Shown here piece after piece: positions 13,301 to 25,400 of a stretch of 58,056 nucleotides of DNA. The notes beneath the pieces were generated by a model. It did not search any database, was not told where the DNA came from, and saw only the letters and a list, made by a program, of their open reading frames with translations. A program made the position numbers and the translations under genes. This DNA comes from Psammoneis japonica (Eukaryota), in assembly GCA_008632985.1 (NCBI GenBank), contig QPGO01000075.1, positions 312,517 to 370,572 of the forward strand. The letters are read 5' to 3'. The first letter of the stretch is position 1. Every line of letters starts with the position of its first letter.

Positions 13301-14299
13301 TTCTTGTGCAAGCAGCATGGAGCACTGACCCCATTCTTGCCAGCACCCTCTCTGCTCAATTTTCAAGAAGTTCAATCTCAGAAGTCATGCTGCCCACTGT
13401 GCCCTGCACCCTCCTTTTTGTCTCCCATGGTTTGTGGTGCTTTTTGAGTTTTGAGTTGGCGCACATGAAAGAAATTCTTGGGGCATTTTCTTGCCTCTTG
13501 AGGTGGGTGGCAGTGGCGGCAAAATGAAGCAATGGCACTCATCAAGGTGTTTTCTTTTCAGCCCATGGGAATGATTTGGATCAAATGCTTTGCCAAAACC
13601 AGGGGGTTTGTGCTCTTCAGTCTGTCAAGAACAAACAAAGTTGAAGCACAAAAGTTGCAAGAGCCAAGCAGCTCTCACAGCAGCAAAAACACAGAACAAG
13701 GTTTTGTCCATTTTGAACTTTCTCACCTCCATTTTCTTGGACACATGATGTCAGAGCAAAGTGTGGCATGTCATGTGCTGATGCCATTGGCAAGATGGAA
13801 AAAATCAAATGTCGGCTCTTGTTGCTGCCATCATGGTGAGTTTTTGGTGATGGTTGGCGGGTGCCTGGGCCTGAGGTGCATTGATCATCTGGGCACCATT
13901 GGTGCACCATTGCTTGAGTTTGGAAGATTTTTTGCATGGAGCTCAGCTTTGTTTCTCTCTGGAGTTCACATCTTTTTCATGTTCCTCAAAGACACACCAA
14001 AGAATGTGCTTTTTGCATCAAAATGATGCCAAGCATGATGATGTGCACTTGGACTTGCAGCAGCACTGAACTCTTTCTCTTTCTTCTTTTCCCTTTTCCT
14101 CTCTTTCTCTTTTTTCTCCTCTCTTTTTGCATTGCTCCATCAATGGTGCCAAAAAGTTGCCACCTGTGCCAGAGGACAGGACTCTGTGTGACATTTGCTC
14201 ACAGAACTCTGTGCACAAGCTTCACAGCTTGCACTCTGATCAGCCTGCACACACATCTTTGACATTCAAAAAACAATGACCAAGTGTGAGTTTGTGGCA

Positions 14300-15210
14300 C
14301 AATTTTGCTCTCAATGCTTGAAGTTTTTGAAAATCTGCTTGCCCCGCACAACTTTTGAGACACTGAAAAATTGCACTGCATGAAAAAATGTCAAAAGTTG
14401 TTGAAGGATGGCCCAACAATTGTGCCATGCATGGCACATCATGGCACACAACAACAAAAAATGCAAGTGCCGCAGTTCCGGGCCAAGAGGCTCCACCTCT
14501 GGAGCTGGAGTGCATCCTTGTTTTGCTCCCAGCATGCTCCCAAGGGCCATTTTTTCTCTTTGTCATGCACATCATCTCCCAATTGTTCACCAACTCAGTT
14601 GTTGATTTTGAGAAAGGAGAAAGAAAAGGTCCAAAGTTGGCACCATTGCGGTGCTGAGGATTTTTGGTGCTGAGGATTCTTTTCCTGCTTTGCCCACTGC
14701 ACAACTTGTTGCTTGGCATGTGCATTGTTGAAACTGCTGCACAATTGCCACCCAAATGCATGAACAACAAGCACTTGACACACAGACTGCATGATTGGAT
14801 TTGCACAAAAAAAAGCAAGATGACATGCTCTGGCCCTGGGCAGGATTCCATGTGTGATGTTTGCCTGTGAAGCTCTGCATGTGAGCTCTTTAGCTTGCAC
14901 TCTGCTTGGCGGGCATCTTTGCATTTGATGTTTAAATGGACAACCAACCTTGCAGCTCAGCTTTGCCTCTCAACACTCAATGTTTTGAAAACCCACCTGC
15001 CCCACACAACTCTTGTGATGTTGAAGAACTGCGCTGCATGAAAAATGCCAAAGCTGCTGACTGGATCACCTGACAATTGTGCTGCAAAATGACACAAAAC
15101 GCTGCCAAAATCATGTGGAGATGTGCGCACATGACACATGGAGCATGACCAAAAAATGCATGTGTCACAGCTCTGTGCTGCAAGGTCCCACCTAGAGCTG
15201 GAGCATGTCT
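14300..15210 (+). repeat. Two diverged copies (about 14300-14520 and 14965-15210) of a dispersed repeat that also occurs near 7900-7953, 48600-48708 and 57570-57675
   Basis: All copies end in a shared motif approximating TGTCACA-x9-GCRAGGTCCCACC-x0-4-AGAGCTGGA-YRCATC; the two local copies also align upstream (TTTTGAAAA...GCCCCRCACAACT...CTGCATGAAAAA). Confidence 0.65.
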
Positions 15211-16278
15211 GATGAACCTTGCATGTTGGCACAATTGTGCGATCACAAGTTGCTCATGGGAGGGTTGAGCTCTCATCTTGTGGCACCATCCAGGGCTAAA
15301 AAACCAGATCAACTCACAGAAACAATGGTGCGGGTGCATGAGCAAGGCCTTTTTGCACACACAGAAGCACAGGTGGCTGTTGCAAACTTGGGGAGAGCTT
15401 TCTTTGCTCCAGCGTTCCTGCCAACTCCCATGCACTGCAATGACAACACTCCCACGCACTGCAATGACAACACAAGAAAGTTTTAAGTTGGTTTGCTCCC
15501 TTGAATTCCATGTCTTCCTCTGGAACTTCTTCTTCCACTTCTTTTTGTCGGCTTTTTCTTCAAGCAGCTTGTTGGCAATGGAGCAATGGCGACATTGAGG
15601 TGCAATTGTCATTGTCGGAAAAAACTTTTGCCGGTGATCCTTTTCGCCAAACCTCACCAGGAGCAGAACAAACGATTTGTTGAAAAAAAAGGACCACCAG
15701 CAGAACAGCTGCAACAAGGCTGACATGCAACAGACTGCCACGTAAGTTAGTTGCGCGAGCTTCTAACATTTCAATTGTACCTCCTGTTCCTACATGTCGT
15801 TAAGATGCAACAAATGTCCAAAGGTGGTGGCGCGCCTGGGATGGGCGGTGATGGACCTCCACCCAATTTCGATGCCATGATGAACGGTGCTGCTGGTGGT
15901 GGCGGCGGTGGCATGCCGGATGTGGAATGTGGAGTCCATGGCTCAAATGATGCAAAGCATGCGCATGGAGGAGGCAAGTGGAAGCAGAAAGAACAATTAG
16001 TCAAGATACTTGTGATGACGCAGTTTGTGGAGGAGCAACTACCTACAGCAAAAGGATGGTATCCCACATGGTTCTCATAAAAGAATCAGAACTAAGCTTC
16101 TTGTCACCGATCAAGGATGTCACGAAAAACACTTTACAAATATAAATGCCATTTTGATTCAGTCTCGCTTCATATCCCATGCAGCTGTCAGATCTGAAGC
16201 TAGACAACGTGTCCTGCAATCCTCTGGCCCGGTAACAGTTCTGTTGCAGGAGTCACCTTCGCACCGATAGTCGGAGTG

Positions 16279-18954
16279 TTAGGTGAATGGGTCGTTCGAC
16301 ACCGATGATGGAGAAAGAATAGGACTTGAACTTGGGAAAGTAGTCGGCGATACACGAGTATGCGCACGAGTCGGTGACCGAGTAGGTGCTGTCATTTGCG
16401 ACTGGGTAGGTGAACCAGCACTTTTAAACTTTGTCAAAGGTTTTTCTGCAAGCACTGCGACTTGGGCTTGTGACAAACTGTCAGAAAAGACATAGACTTC
16501 GTCGATGAGACCAGTATAAGACTCGTGGCTCGGAAGCAACCTCTGATACGTCTTTCGGTCACTATGCCCGAACCCGCCGACACTCATGGTACCAGAGGTG
16601 GTGAAGAACAAATAGTCGTCCTTTCCTTTAACCTCTGTGGCCACACGCTCGCCATTGATAAACATTTGAACTTCTGATAAACGACAACTGTTTCTTGGCA
16701 TTGAAATGGCTAAATGTTGCCAGTTTGCATTGGACAGTTTAATGGACTTTTCAACTGGCTCCAGCTTCATGTCGGCTCCAGCATAGAGAGCAGGGAAGCC
16801 CTTGTCGAGCGTCAGCGTAAAAATCTGATTTTTCGTAAACTCCGTGAACACAAAGAATTCGCCAAAGTGAAGGAGAACCTGATTCCTTTTCGATACCCTT
16901 GTCTTAAACCAAAGGGCATAGGACACCTTCAGACCTGCGACATGCGGGCCCATGCTATGTTGTAGGTTAAATAGATAAGGGAACAGAGTTAGGATTGGCA
17001 GTAGTGAGAGCAATAAAGAAATCGAACAGACTTACGCAAAAATAGCAACCCGACTATGAGTTCCGTTAAAGGCTGCGGCTTTGCCTTGCACACCCTTGTA
17101 AAGGGCGACATTTGCAGTTTGTGCATCGTATTGCTCTGTTGGTATAAAGCAGCGAAACAGATTTCAACTGTGTGAATAGAAATGTAAGCAAAAACCATCC
17201 AATTACCAGAAAACTTACGACCGAATTCTCCCGTATTTGGGAACGAATCCCAACATTGAAGCCCCTGAATGGTGATCTTTCTCTGCTTCAATGTCTTTTC
17301 GATATCATCATGTGCCATCGCGAGGACGGGTCTTTGAAACAAAGGAACTTTTTTGTCGAACGACAAGTGGATCATTGGCTTTTGTCTGTTCAAAAATTTC
17401 AGTGAGCCGCTAGAGTGAAATTCGTAAGTAGGAAGTTCCTGTGTCGAGCCACCGGACTCGTACGAAGATCTCACTCCGGACTTGTCAATTATAAGTTGGC
17501 CGTAGAATTCATAGTTGTCGTTCCGTCTCGGTTTCGGTCCGATTTCGTTAAACTGGTCAATTCGGATGATGTCGTCGGATACGTCTACGGTTAGAAAATT
17601 TTGAGCACCATTTCCCCTGTTGTTGTGACAAGCGAAATGATGAAGGAATCGAAAGTAGCGAAATTAGGACACCGACGCATTGAATAGATAAAGAAGTCCA
17701 TGTATTGTCAGAGGGCGCTCACCTTGACACTACCTGGACTAAGTTTGATTTATCGTCCTTGGTGACCGTATTGGCGTGCACCTGCTCCAAAAGACATTGA
17801 TAGAAAGCAACTGTTGGTGAGGACCACAATCCTGCTAATTTACGCGATTAGGGGCAGAGAGCAACACTTACGTCTCCGGAAAAATAGACATCCACCTTGT
17901 AATCGCGCATTGCTTGAAAGAAGTCGGAGTTTTCAGCCCCATCCATGAATTGGCCAGTGCATCGAATCTTGCGTACGGGCTGCAGTATCGGTGGGTGCCC
18001 TTGAACGAAAATGTGCTTGATAGTATTATCCTTGCGTGCTTCCGATAAAACCTCCCTGAACCACTGCAAATGTTTCCCCACCACGTCACAAGTCACCGAA
18101 CCCTCGCCACCGAGACCCTTTTCTTTATCAATAAAGTCAGACGGCACAGATCTGAACACATCTACGGTCACAAACAAAACGTTCTTATGGCGGTATGCGT
18201 AAGATGTTGTCTCATAGGTAGTATTGAAAGGACGGGAATCTGCTTCTGATTTGGTCATGAACGTCACAAAAGGCCTGTGAGAAGGAAACATTTATTTGGT
18301 GGTGTCATATTTGGGAGCCACCGCATACTTACTCCCGATTGGATCTTGATACGTTGGCTTTCCTTTCTCGTCCTTGTTGAATTCGTCGTAAAAGATTTTC
18401 CTGAAATCCGGCAAGAGGCCAGTCTTTGTCTCCTTTATTGGCCAAGAATTGCTGTAGAAAATCCGGTGATGCAGTTGAGTCTTTGAGGCACTGCATATCG
18501 AAAAAGGTTCTTCATTTTATTTGACTTACCCACCCAATTCATGATCGCCGACCGCCATCAGCAATTTGTAATACCCCGCTTCACGAAAGACATGTTTCAT
18601 GCTCTGGTAACATCTCTGCCCTGCTTTCTTCACTGCCGCCTCAGCAGTTCGCACATTCAAAATTTTGAGAAACTCCTTCTTGTACCACTTCCCAGCGTTT
18701 GAGTCGCCCGGAAGCACCACTAACTCGCCTCCATAGTTGTCTTTTATGTGTCTGAACGTTCGGGCTTTCCTGACAGCGTCGTCGTTTCGTCCGAAAGCCT
18801 GCTTGCTCTTCACAGGCCTAATCACGAAGGGCTTTGCACCATGCCAATCCGCGAGGACTATGAAGCGCCAATAAATCCCTTTCTTTGTCTCGGCAGCATG
18901 GCTCTGAGACAGCGCAAGCAAAAGCCACGTACAACAAGTCGCGAAAGCACGCAT
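16279..18954 (-). CDS. Secreted calcineurin-like metallophosphoesterase with C-terminal LamG/concanavalin-like domain; multi-exon
   Basis: Signal peptide MRAFATCCTWLLLALS; motifs ADWHG, PGD, VGDHE, QGHPP and YFSG in successive exons; C-terminal exon with WQHLAIS...MFING...YTGLIDEVYVF (LamG-like) and a P/T/S-rich tail; GT-AG introns. Internal exon borders not fully resolved. Confidence 0.8.
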
Positions 18955-19434
18955 CCTCTCGTGAAAACGTTGTGTTGCGTCGTCTGAGAGTTGCTGTTGG
19001 ATACGCTCTCTCGTTTATCGCTGTGAGCTTGTTCGAAAGTAGTCGTAGCGTCTATGAGAGTTCCAGAATTGAGTGGCGAGGCCAGTACTGTAGGGCCTAG
19101 TAGTTGCTGTTTCATTCCATTCCTGTTTTGTGAGCGTGAAACAAGAAATGAGATGCGGCGGTCAGCTTCGAAACAATTATTGCGTTAAATCACGCGAAAA
19201 AATTACTTAGGACTACTTACATTTTGTCTATTGCCTGATCCCCATCAAAACATCTATATAAGTCATTACAACATTTATGAGGACAATTATGTTTATAGGG
19301 AAGTAGTACTCTTCGTACGCACTATACAGAGCCTACCCATGCCCCCGCATTGGAAAGTTTCTGCTTTTCAACGTCGAAAATTGAACCAGAAGAGTCCGGG
19401 TAGTCTATCTACTACCGGTACAGTAGATAGAGTA

Positions 19435-22400
19435 GCGCGCGTTGCATCATGCGAAAATGGGCTTTTTTTTGCGCGTGGCCAAGGCCTGGGGCAAGTCAGC
19501 AGGCACTTGACACATGCCTGGGCTGATTGCCACGAAGAGCTGTTTGATGATGTGTCCATCATTGATGCTGCAGCACCTTTTGGTCCACCATTTGTTCTGA
19601 TTTCTGCTTGACTTGTGCAAAGATGAGATGTGTGATGTGGTGCCACTGTGGTCGCTCAAGCAGCCCTCGAAAGCAGGGCAAGCGAGGCGCAGCAGAAGCT
19701 TCTGCAAACAGCACTTCCTGCTCAAAATGGCTGCAAAGTGGGCCAGCAGCAACCATCCTCTGAAAGCTCATTTGCATTGGCCCCAGTTGTCAGGCAGTTG
19801 GTTGGCGCTTTGCACAGTGTGGCAGCCCCCCCCCCCCCTTTGTGGTCAAAGCCGTGTCTCTCCAACCTCCCGCAGCTCTCTCTTTTGGAGCTTTGAATTT
19901 GCAGGTGGCAAAAGCTTGTGGCATGCATGGCATCATGAGCAAGCAGCTCAATCCAGCCTAAACTCCAGGGGTGCATTGGTGCCCATTCTTGCCCCTTGCT
20001 TTGTGGCACAGGGCTGAGGTGAAGTGGTGGTCTGGCAGCCTGCCCAAACAAGTGGTGTTGGTGTGGCACAGTTTAAAGCCCAAAGACAGTTGCTCAAAGA
20101 AGAAGGCTTCTGTCCAATCCATGTGGTGACCAAGCAACTGAGCTTCCAATCTGGTGCAATGATGCACACACAGCTCATTGCTTGGGGGTGGCAGGGTGCA
20201 GACAAGAACCAGCCCTGTCAACATCTTGGGCTGAAGCTGTGCAGCTGAAACAAAACAAAATGAGGCAAACAAAACATGACAAGATTGTTCATTGATGTTT
20301 TCAGTTGGTTGCAACAAGAAGCCATGTCCAAGAAACAGTGGAGGAGTGCAGCGCAGAGTCTCCCGCAAGATCTTTTCAAGTTGCTGATGGGCTGATGGAG
20401 CACACCCGCTTGACCTCCTGCACTGCAGCAAACATGCTCAATGCATTAACTCAAAAGACAAAGTGTGAGAGTTTGCCACAGCTGCTGTGGCAATTTTGCC
20501 AGCAAATGCACTCCAGCCCTGGCCAGTGGCCACACCTGCTCTGATGTGATTTTTTTAATGTCTTTTCAAAAATGGTCATGATTTTTGCAAACACTGGGCA
20601 ACTTTGTCTGGAGCTCTAAAGACTTTCGGTTGTTGCTCAGCTGCACAAGGTCACAAGGCAAGAAACTTTGAAATCTTGCAAATTTTTTGTCAACATCATC
20701 TCACATCTCACCCATTGTGCAGTGCATCTGGCCATTCTTTTTTTGTGCAAGCCAGCCACTGCACCCAACTTGAATGCTCCCAATGGTCTTGCTGAGTGCT
20801 GTTTGGCAACTTTTTCCACCTGGTGAAGCTGGTTTACCTCCTTCAATGACAGCCCGTGCAACCTCAACTTCAGAGAGAGGTGACAAGCCCAAACAGCAAA
20901 ATGCAGCAGAGGGGAAGAAAAGCTGACTTTGATGCTCCCTCCAAGGATGAAAAATGTGTGCTTCTTGTTGTTAGCGACATTGTGAAAGTTGTCAAGAGTG
21001 GCAAGAAAGAGCTGCCATTTGTGGCAGGCTCAACAATCCACTGAGCCTCTCTAAAAAAAACCAACTGCCAGAAAAGCTGCATCTTGCTGATTTTTTGGAG
21101 CTTGCAGGTGAGGCGATCTGTGAGAAACAATTGGTGAGCATTCTGCACAGACACATGGGGCGCACAAACTGAACAACAGGGTGGAGAGCTGACCACACAC
21201 TGCTGAGAGTTGCAACTCATGATTCCAACCACACCAGGCCCAACGTTGAGTCATGTGAACTTTGATGATCAAACCATTGTTGCTTTCTTTGTGAGCATCT
21301 CTTTCCTGACATTGTGGGACATGCAGAAATCACTGATGAGCACCTGAGCAATTGAAGGGCACCAAGTCATGACACTTGCAAGATGCTTGGTTGAAAATTC
21401 TGTGACAATGAGGTGGAGCTGGCTTGTGAAGCAGCACTGCACTCTTGTTGTTTCCAGTGCAATGCATTTTGAGAATGTGGTGCAGAGAGGTTGTTGAAGA
21501 AAGGGCGGTCAGATGGGTCAAGCAAAATGCCCAGACTTTGGCACCAGTGCACTGAAACCAAGGTGTTCACATGTTGGAAGAGTGGCGCCATGTGTGCATG
21601 GGCCAACAAACAGCGCTGGCATCTTCACAAGCATGGCACACTGTGGGGTGCATTTTTGCTGTGTGTGACCTCAATGTTTGCAAAATGCACCACACCAGGC
21701 ACTGCTCCAAGCTGTTGTGCTGTTGATGTTGGGTGAGTCAATGTCTGCTTGGTCACCACACACCTTGAAGTTTGGTGGCCCACCAAATTGCACCTTTGAG
21801 CTGAGGGGAAGCCAGTGATGTTTGTTGATGCCATGTCCAAAAATGGTGCTGAGTGCATCTCAGGGAGTGATTCTCCTGTGTCAGGCAGCCAAAAAAGCAA
21901 CAGGCAAAAAGATGGTCAGAGTGACAGTTGACACATTTGCAGGGTCACTCCCTGATGCAAGCTCATGCTGCTGAGGTTCTCCAGCAAGCTGAGGGAGCAT
22001 TCCCATGTGCACAGAGTTGTGCAAGATTTGTGGTGTGCACCCAGCATTTGTTGCCACAAACAAAGCACAAAGCTCTGCGCAGAGAAGTGTTTGGAGCACA
22101 TTTTGGTGGTGCAGCAGCATGTGGTGGAAACTGATGGCACCTGACTTGGGTCATTGTGGGTCACAGCATCAACAACAACATCTGAGATGCCAGTCATTCT
22201 TGTGTTGTTGGTGCATGTGCAGGGCCATTCAAGTGCAGCATGCGCGGCACATCTCCAGGTGACAGGCCCCATGTCTTTGGCCATGAAGATGAGCATGGAA
22301 GCACTGTGTCAAAGGAGCTGCTGCTGCACCCCAGACTTGTGGATTTTGTTTGTGAGTGCCTCTTCTGTTGCATGACAAACACAACAAACAATGACAGGCC

Positions 22401-25400
22401 ACTCTTGTGCTGGAGAAAGTGTGGCCAACAAAAGGTTGTTGGCTCTGATTGCTGAAAACACTGACAAGTGAGTGCATTGTTGACAGTCTCCACAGGTGTC
22501 AAAATCATGATGAGAAAAGGAATGTCAAAATGAGCATTTGCAAGTCTGCAGACTTCACGTGCAAACACATTAAGAAACAAAACTGATTTTCTTGCAAGTC
22601 ATTTGACAATTTGTGGCTTTGACTTGAATTTTCCTGCCATGTTGCACAAGAAAATTCAAATTGAAAAAGCACAGGCATGATGTGCTTGGCATTTTTAAGT
22701 GCAAGATTTGGGTGCTTGTTTCCACCTCATGACAAATCACTTTTTCTGGCCAACCCCAAACTCAAACCACAAGCAAAAATGCTGTTGTGTGCTGTCAACT
22801 CTTTCCTGCTCTGATGTTCAAAACATGTCTTGCATCCAATGGTCCTGTTCACTGGAAAACAATGCCGCTCCTTTGCCAATTTGCTTGTGTGTCGGGGTGT
22901 GGCTGCATGCTCTGGTGGTTGGCTGTGCCTTGTCCTGAAGCCAGTCTTGTTGAAGCACCATTGTCCATGGAGTGGCTGCACCCAGCATTTCTTTTTGTGT
23001 GCTCCCAAGTGTGTTTTCTCTCCCCCCCCCATCTTTGTTGTTGCTCCAACCCACTTCTGGACTCACCCACCCATTCACTCTGTCTTTTTTCTTCCTTTTT
23101 CTGCCATTGGTGCAGGTGCTGTCCATTGACTCTGTTGTGTGTTCCTTCCTCTTCTGTGATCACACCATGCAGGTTGTTGTGTCACTTGATGCTGCTCTGG
23201 CTCTGTCCTTGACTCCTTTTGGCACCCTTCTCCTGGAGTGTGTGCTTTGGAGGCACGGGCTTTCTTGTCTGTTCCTTGCCACAGTCCTCCTCTTCCAGCT
23301 TGATTGTGGCAGTTGTGGCAGCCATCTTGCAGCAGCTCTCATGCACAACCCTGGCAAAAGCTTCCATGGTGCATGGAGTTGGCAAGTTGCTCATGCTTTG
23401 TGTTGCACTGTCTTGAGCTGTTCCATTCCAGCCACCACCAAAGAACAGAAGTTTTTCTAAGAACCAGAAGTGCATGTGCTTGACAACTCCCAACCTTTCT
23501 TTGTGTTTTGGCTGCTTTGGGCTGTTGTCTCCAGCCATGGCTGCAAACAGTGCAGTGCAAGAATGAGTGAGACATCTGTGCATGGTGGCACTTCAGTGTG
23601 AACAAGCTTGTGCTTGCCAATCATCTTCTTCATGAAAACCTCCTGTCTGTTGTTTTGTCATTGACCAAGCCATTTTCTTGCTTTTTCCTTGCTGGCTCTG
23701 CTCCCACCAAACCACACAGTCATCCTCTCAGCCATGTCAAGGTGCTTGCAAACCTCTTTCTGCACTTTGCTTCCAAAAGCCAACTTGACATTTTGTGGAT
23801 TGTGCACTTGGTCTTTGGGCACACCATGGTTGTCATGCAGTTGATCATCTGACCATCCATGAGCTTCTTCTTTTGCCACATCTGAATGCTCCTGCACTGA
23901 GCACAATTGCAGGATGCCATCTGTGCAACATCATGGGTGTGCTCACTTCAACAAATGACCCAATGGTGCTGGCACAAAAACTGCTGCTGTCTCTGTGGTG
24001 CTCTCAGCTGGTCAATGCATCACACACACCTGATGAGTCATTGTGCATCAGTGTGTTTGTCAACTGGATTTCACAGCACTGTGTCCCTCAAATGGAGCTG
24101 GAGAGCAAAATTGTTCATGGCAGGGATTTCAGGAGACAGCTCTTGTGGTGGGTTCTTGTTTTTGAATTGGTTGACTGTGGAAACTCTCCCAAGAAGAAGT
24201 TGCTTCAGTGTGGGAGCAACTGTGCTGGGCAACACAAAGCTCAGCTTCAAAATAAAAACCCAAGAACAGGGAATTCATCAGCTGGCATGCAGTCTGCCCA
24301 ACAAAGGCTCCTCTTGCACAGCTTCAAGGAGCTTGTCCATGACACCAGCTGGGGCATCCTTGAAGCAATGTGGGCCCCATGTGTGAACCACAGGGATGGT
24401 TTTCTTGCCATTGTGCACTTTGGGAAAGACAAGATCCTCATTGGCAGAAAGGGCATCATCTCTTGACCCAACTCAACAAAGCCACCAGAGTCAACACATC
24501 AGTGGTGAGCTTGTCTGCCAAGAAAGGAGGTTCTCCATCATCAAATGATGGAGAGGGTGAGCCATCATTGTCCAAAAAAATTGCTCTGAATCATTGTCAG
24601 CAGCTGGCACAACACAGCATTGTCAAGGGAACAGCACGACTCTCACATTTGCAGGAAAGCATGATTGGCTCTCAATGTCTGGGGATTGTGTCAAGTGCAA
24701 ACTTGTGGGGCCAATGCAGTGGTTGAGTGAGACAAACCAATGCCCGTTGCAGCTGGGAAGTGGCAGGGTCAACATGGTCTTTTGGCTCTTCCATTGGCGC
24801 CTCTTTGCTGTGCACATTTGCTGCTTCAATGACAGAAACATGAGCCCATTGAGCAAACATGAGTTTGCGTGACAAATGCACTCTGAGGTGCAGCTGCAGA
24901 GTGCCAGTGATTGGAAGGTGTGGGGGGCAGTCATTTGTTTGAGCAGCTGATGGTGCCATGGCTCACAACAGAGTGAACAAAGATGGAGGTGATGTCATCT
25001 TCATGCCAGTCAGCCCCACTTGCACAAGGCAGTTGACAATTGAAGACAAGTGTGGCTGGCCACAATGACAGAATTTTGTCATGCTGGTGTGCATCTCAGA
25101 CCCATGCACAACCAGACAAGTGACTGCAATGACTCCAGTGATTGAAGCTGGTGAGGTTCAACATGACTGCTCAAGTGGCAGCACTCACCTTGCTTGAGTT
25201 GCCAACAGCAATGGTGCAACAACAACAAGTGCTGTGGTCAAGAGGGAGAGAACAAAAGCATGGACAATGGCATGTGGGAACTGCACTCCAGAAAATGTGT
25301 CAGATGTGTTGGTTGGCTGGCTCTGCCAGTGACAAAAACAGAAGAGGGTCATCACTTGTTGGTGTTGTTCTCTGGGTGTGGTGCACCTCTTTGTAAGACA

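Larger units (their letters stand above)
2976..15740. mobile_element. TpA-depleted (and largely CpG-depleted) block of degenerate transposon/repeat DNA, block 1
   Basis: TA is nearly absent over about 12.7 kb and TG/CA is strongly enriched. Translations are almost Tyr-free and Cys/His-rich. Contains a nested TRIM and dispersed repeats. Boundaries are approximate. Confidence 0.8.

Noticed and set aside
15742..15925. Intron-like GTAAG...TAAG followed by a Gly/Met-rich exon (MQQMSKGGGAPGMGG...MPD)
   Set aside because: Possibly a captured or decayed 3' gene fragment, but it is low-complexity and has no recognisable upstream exon, so no product can be assigned.
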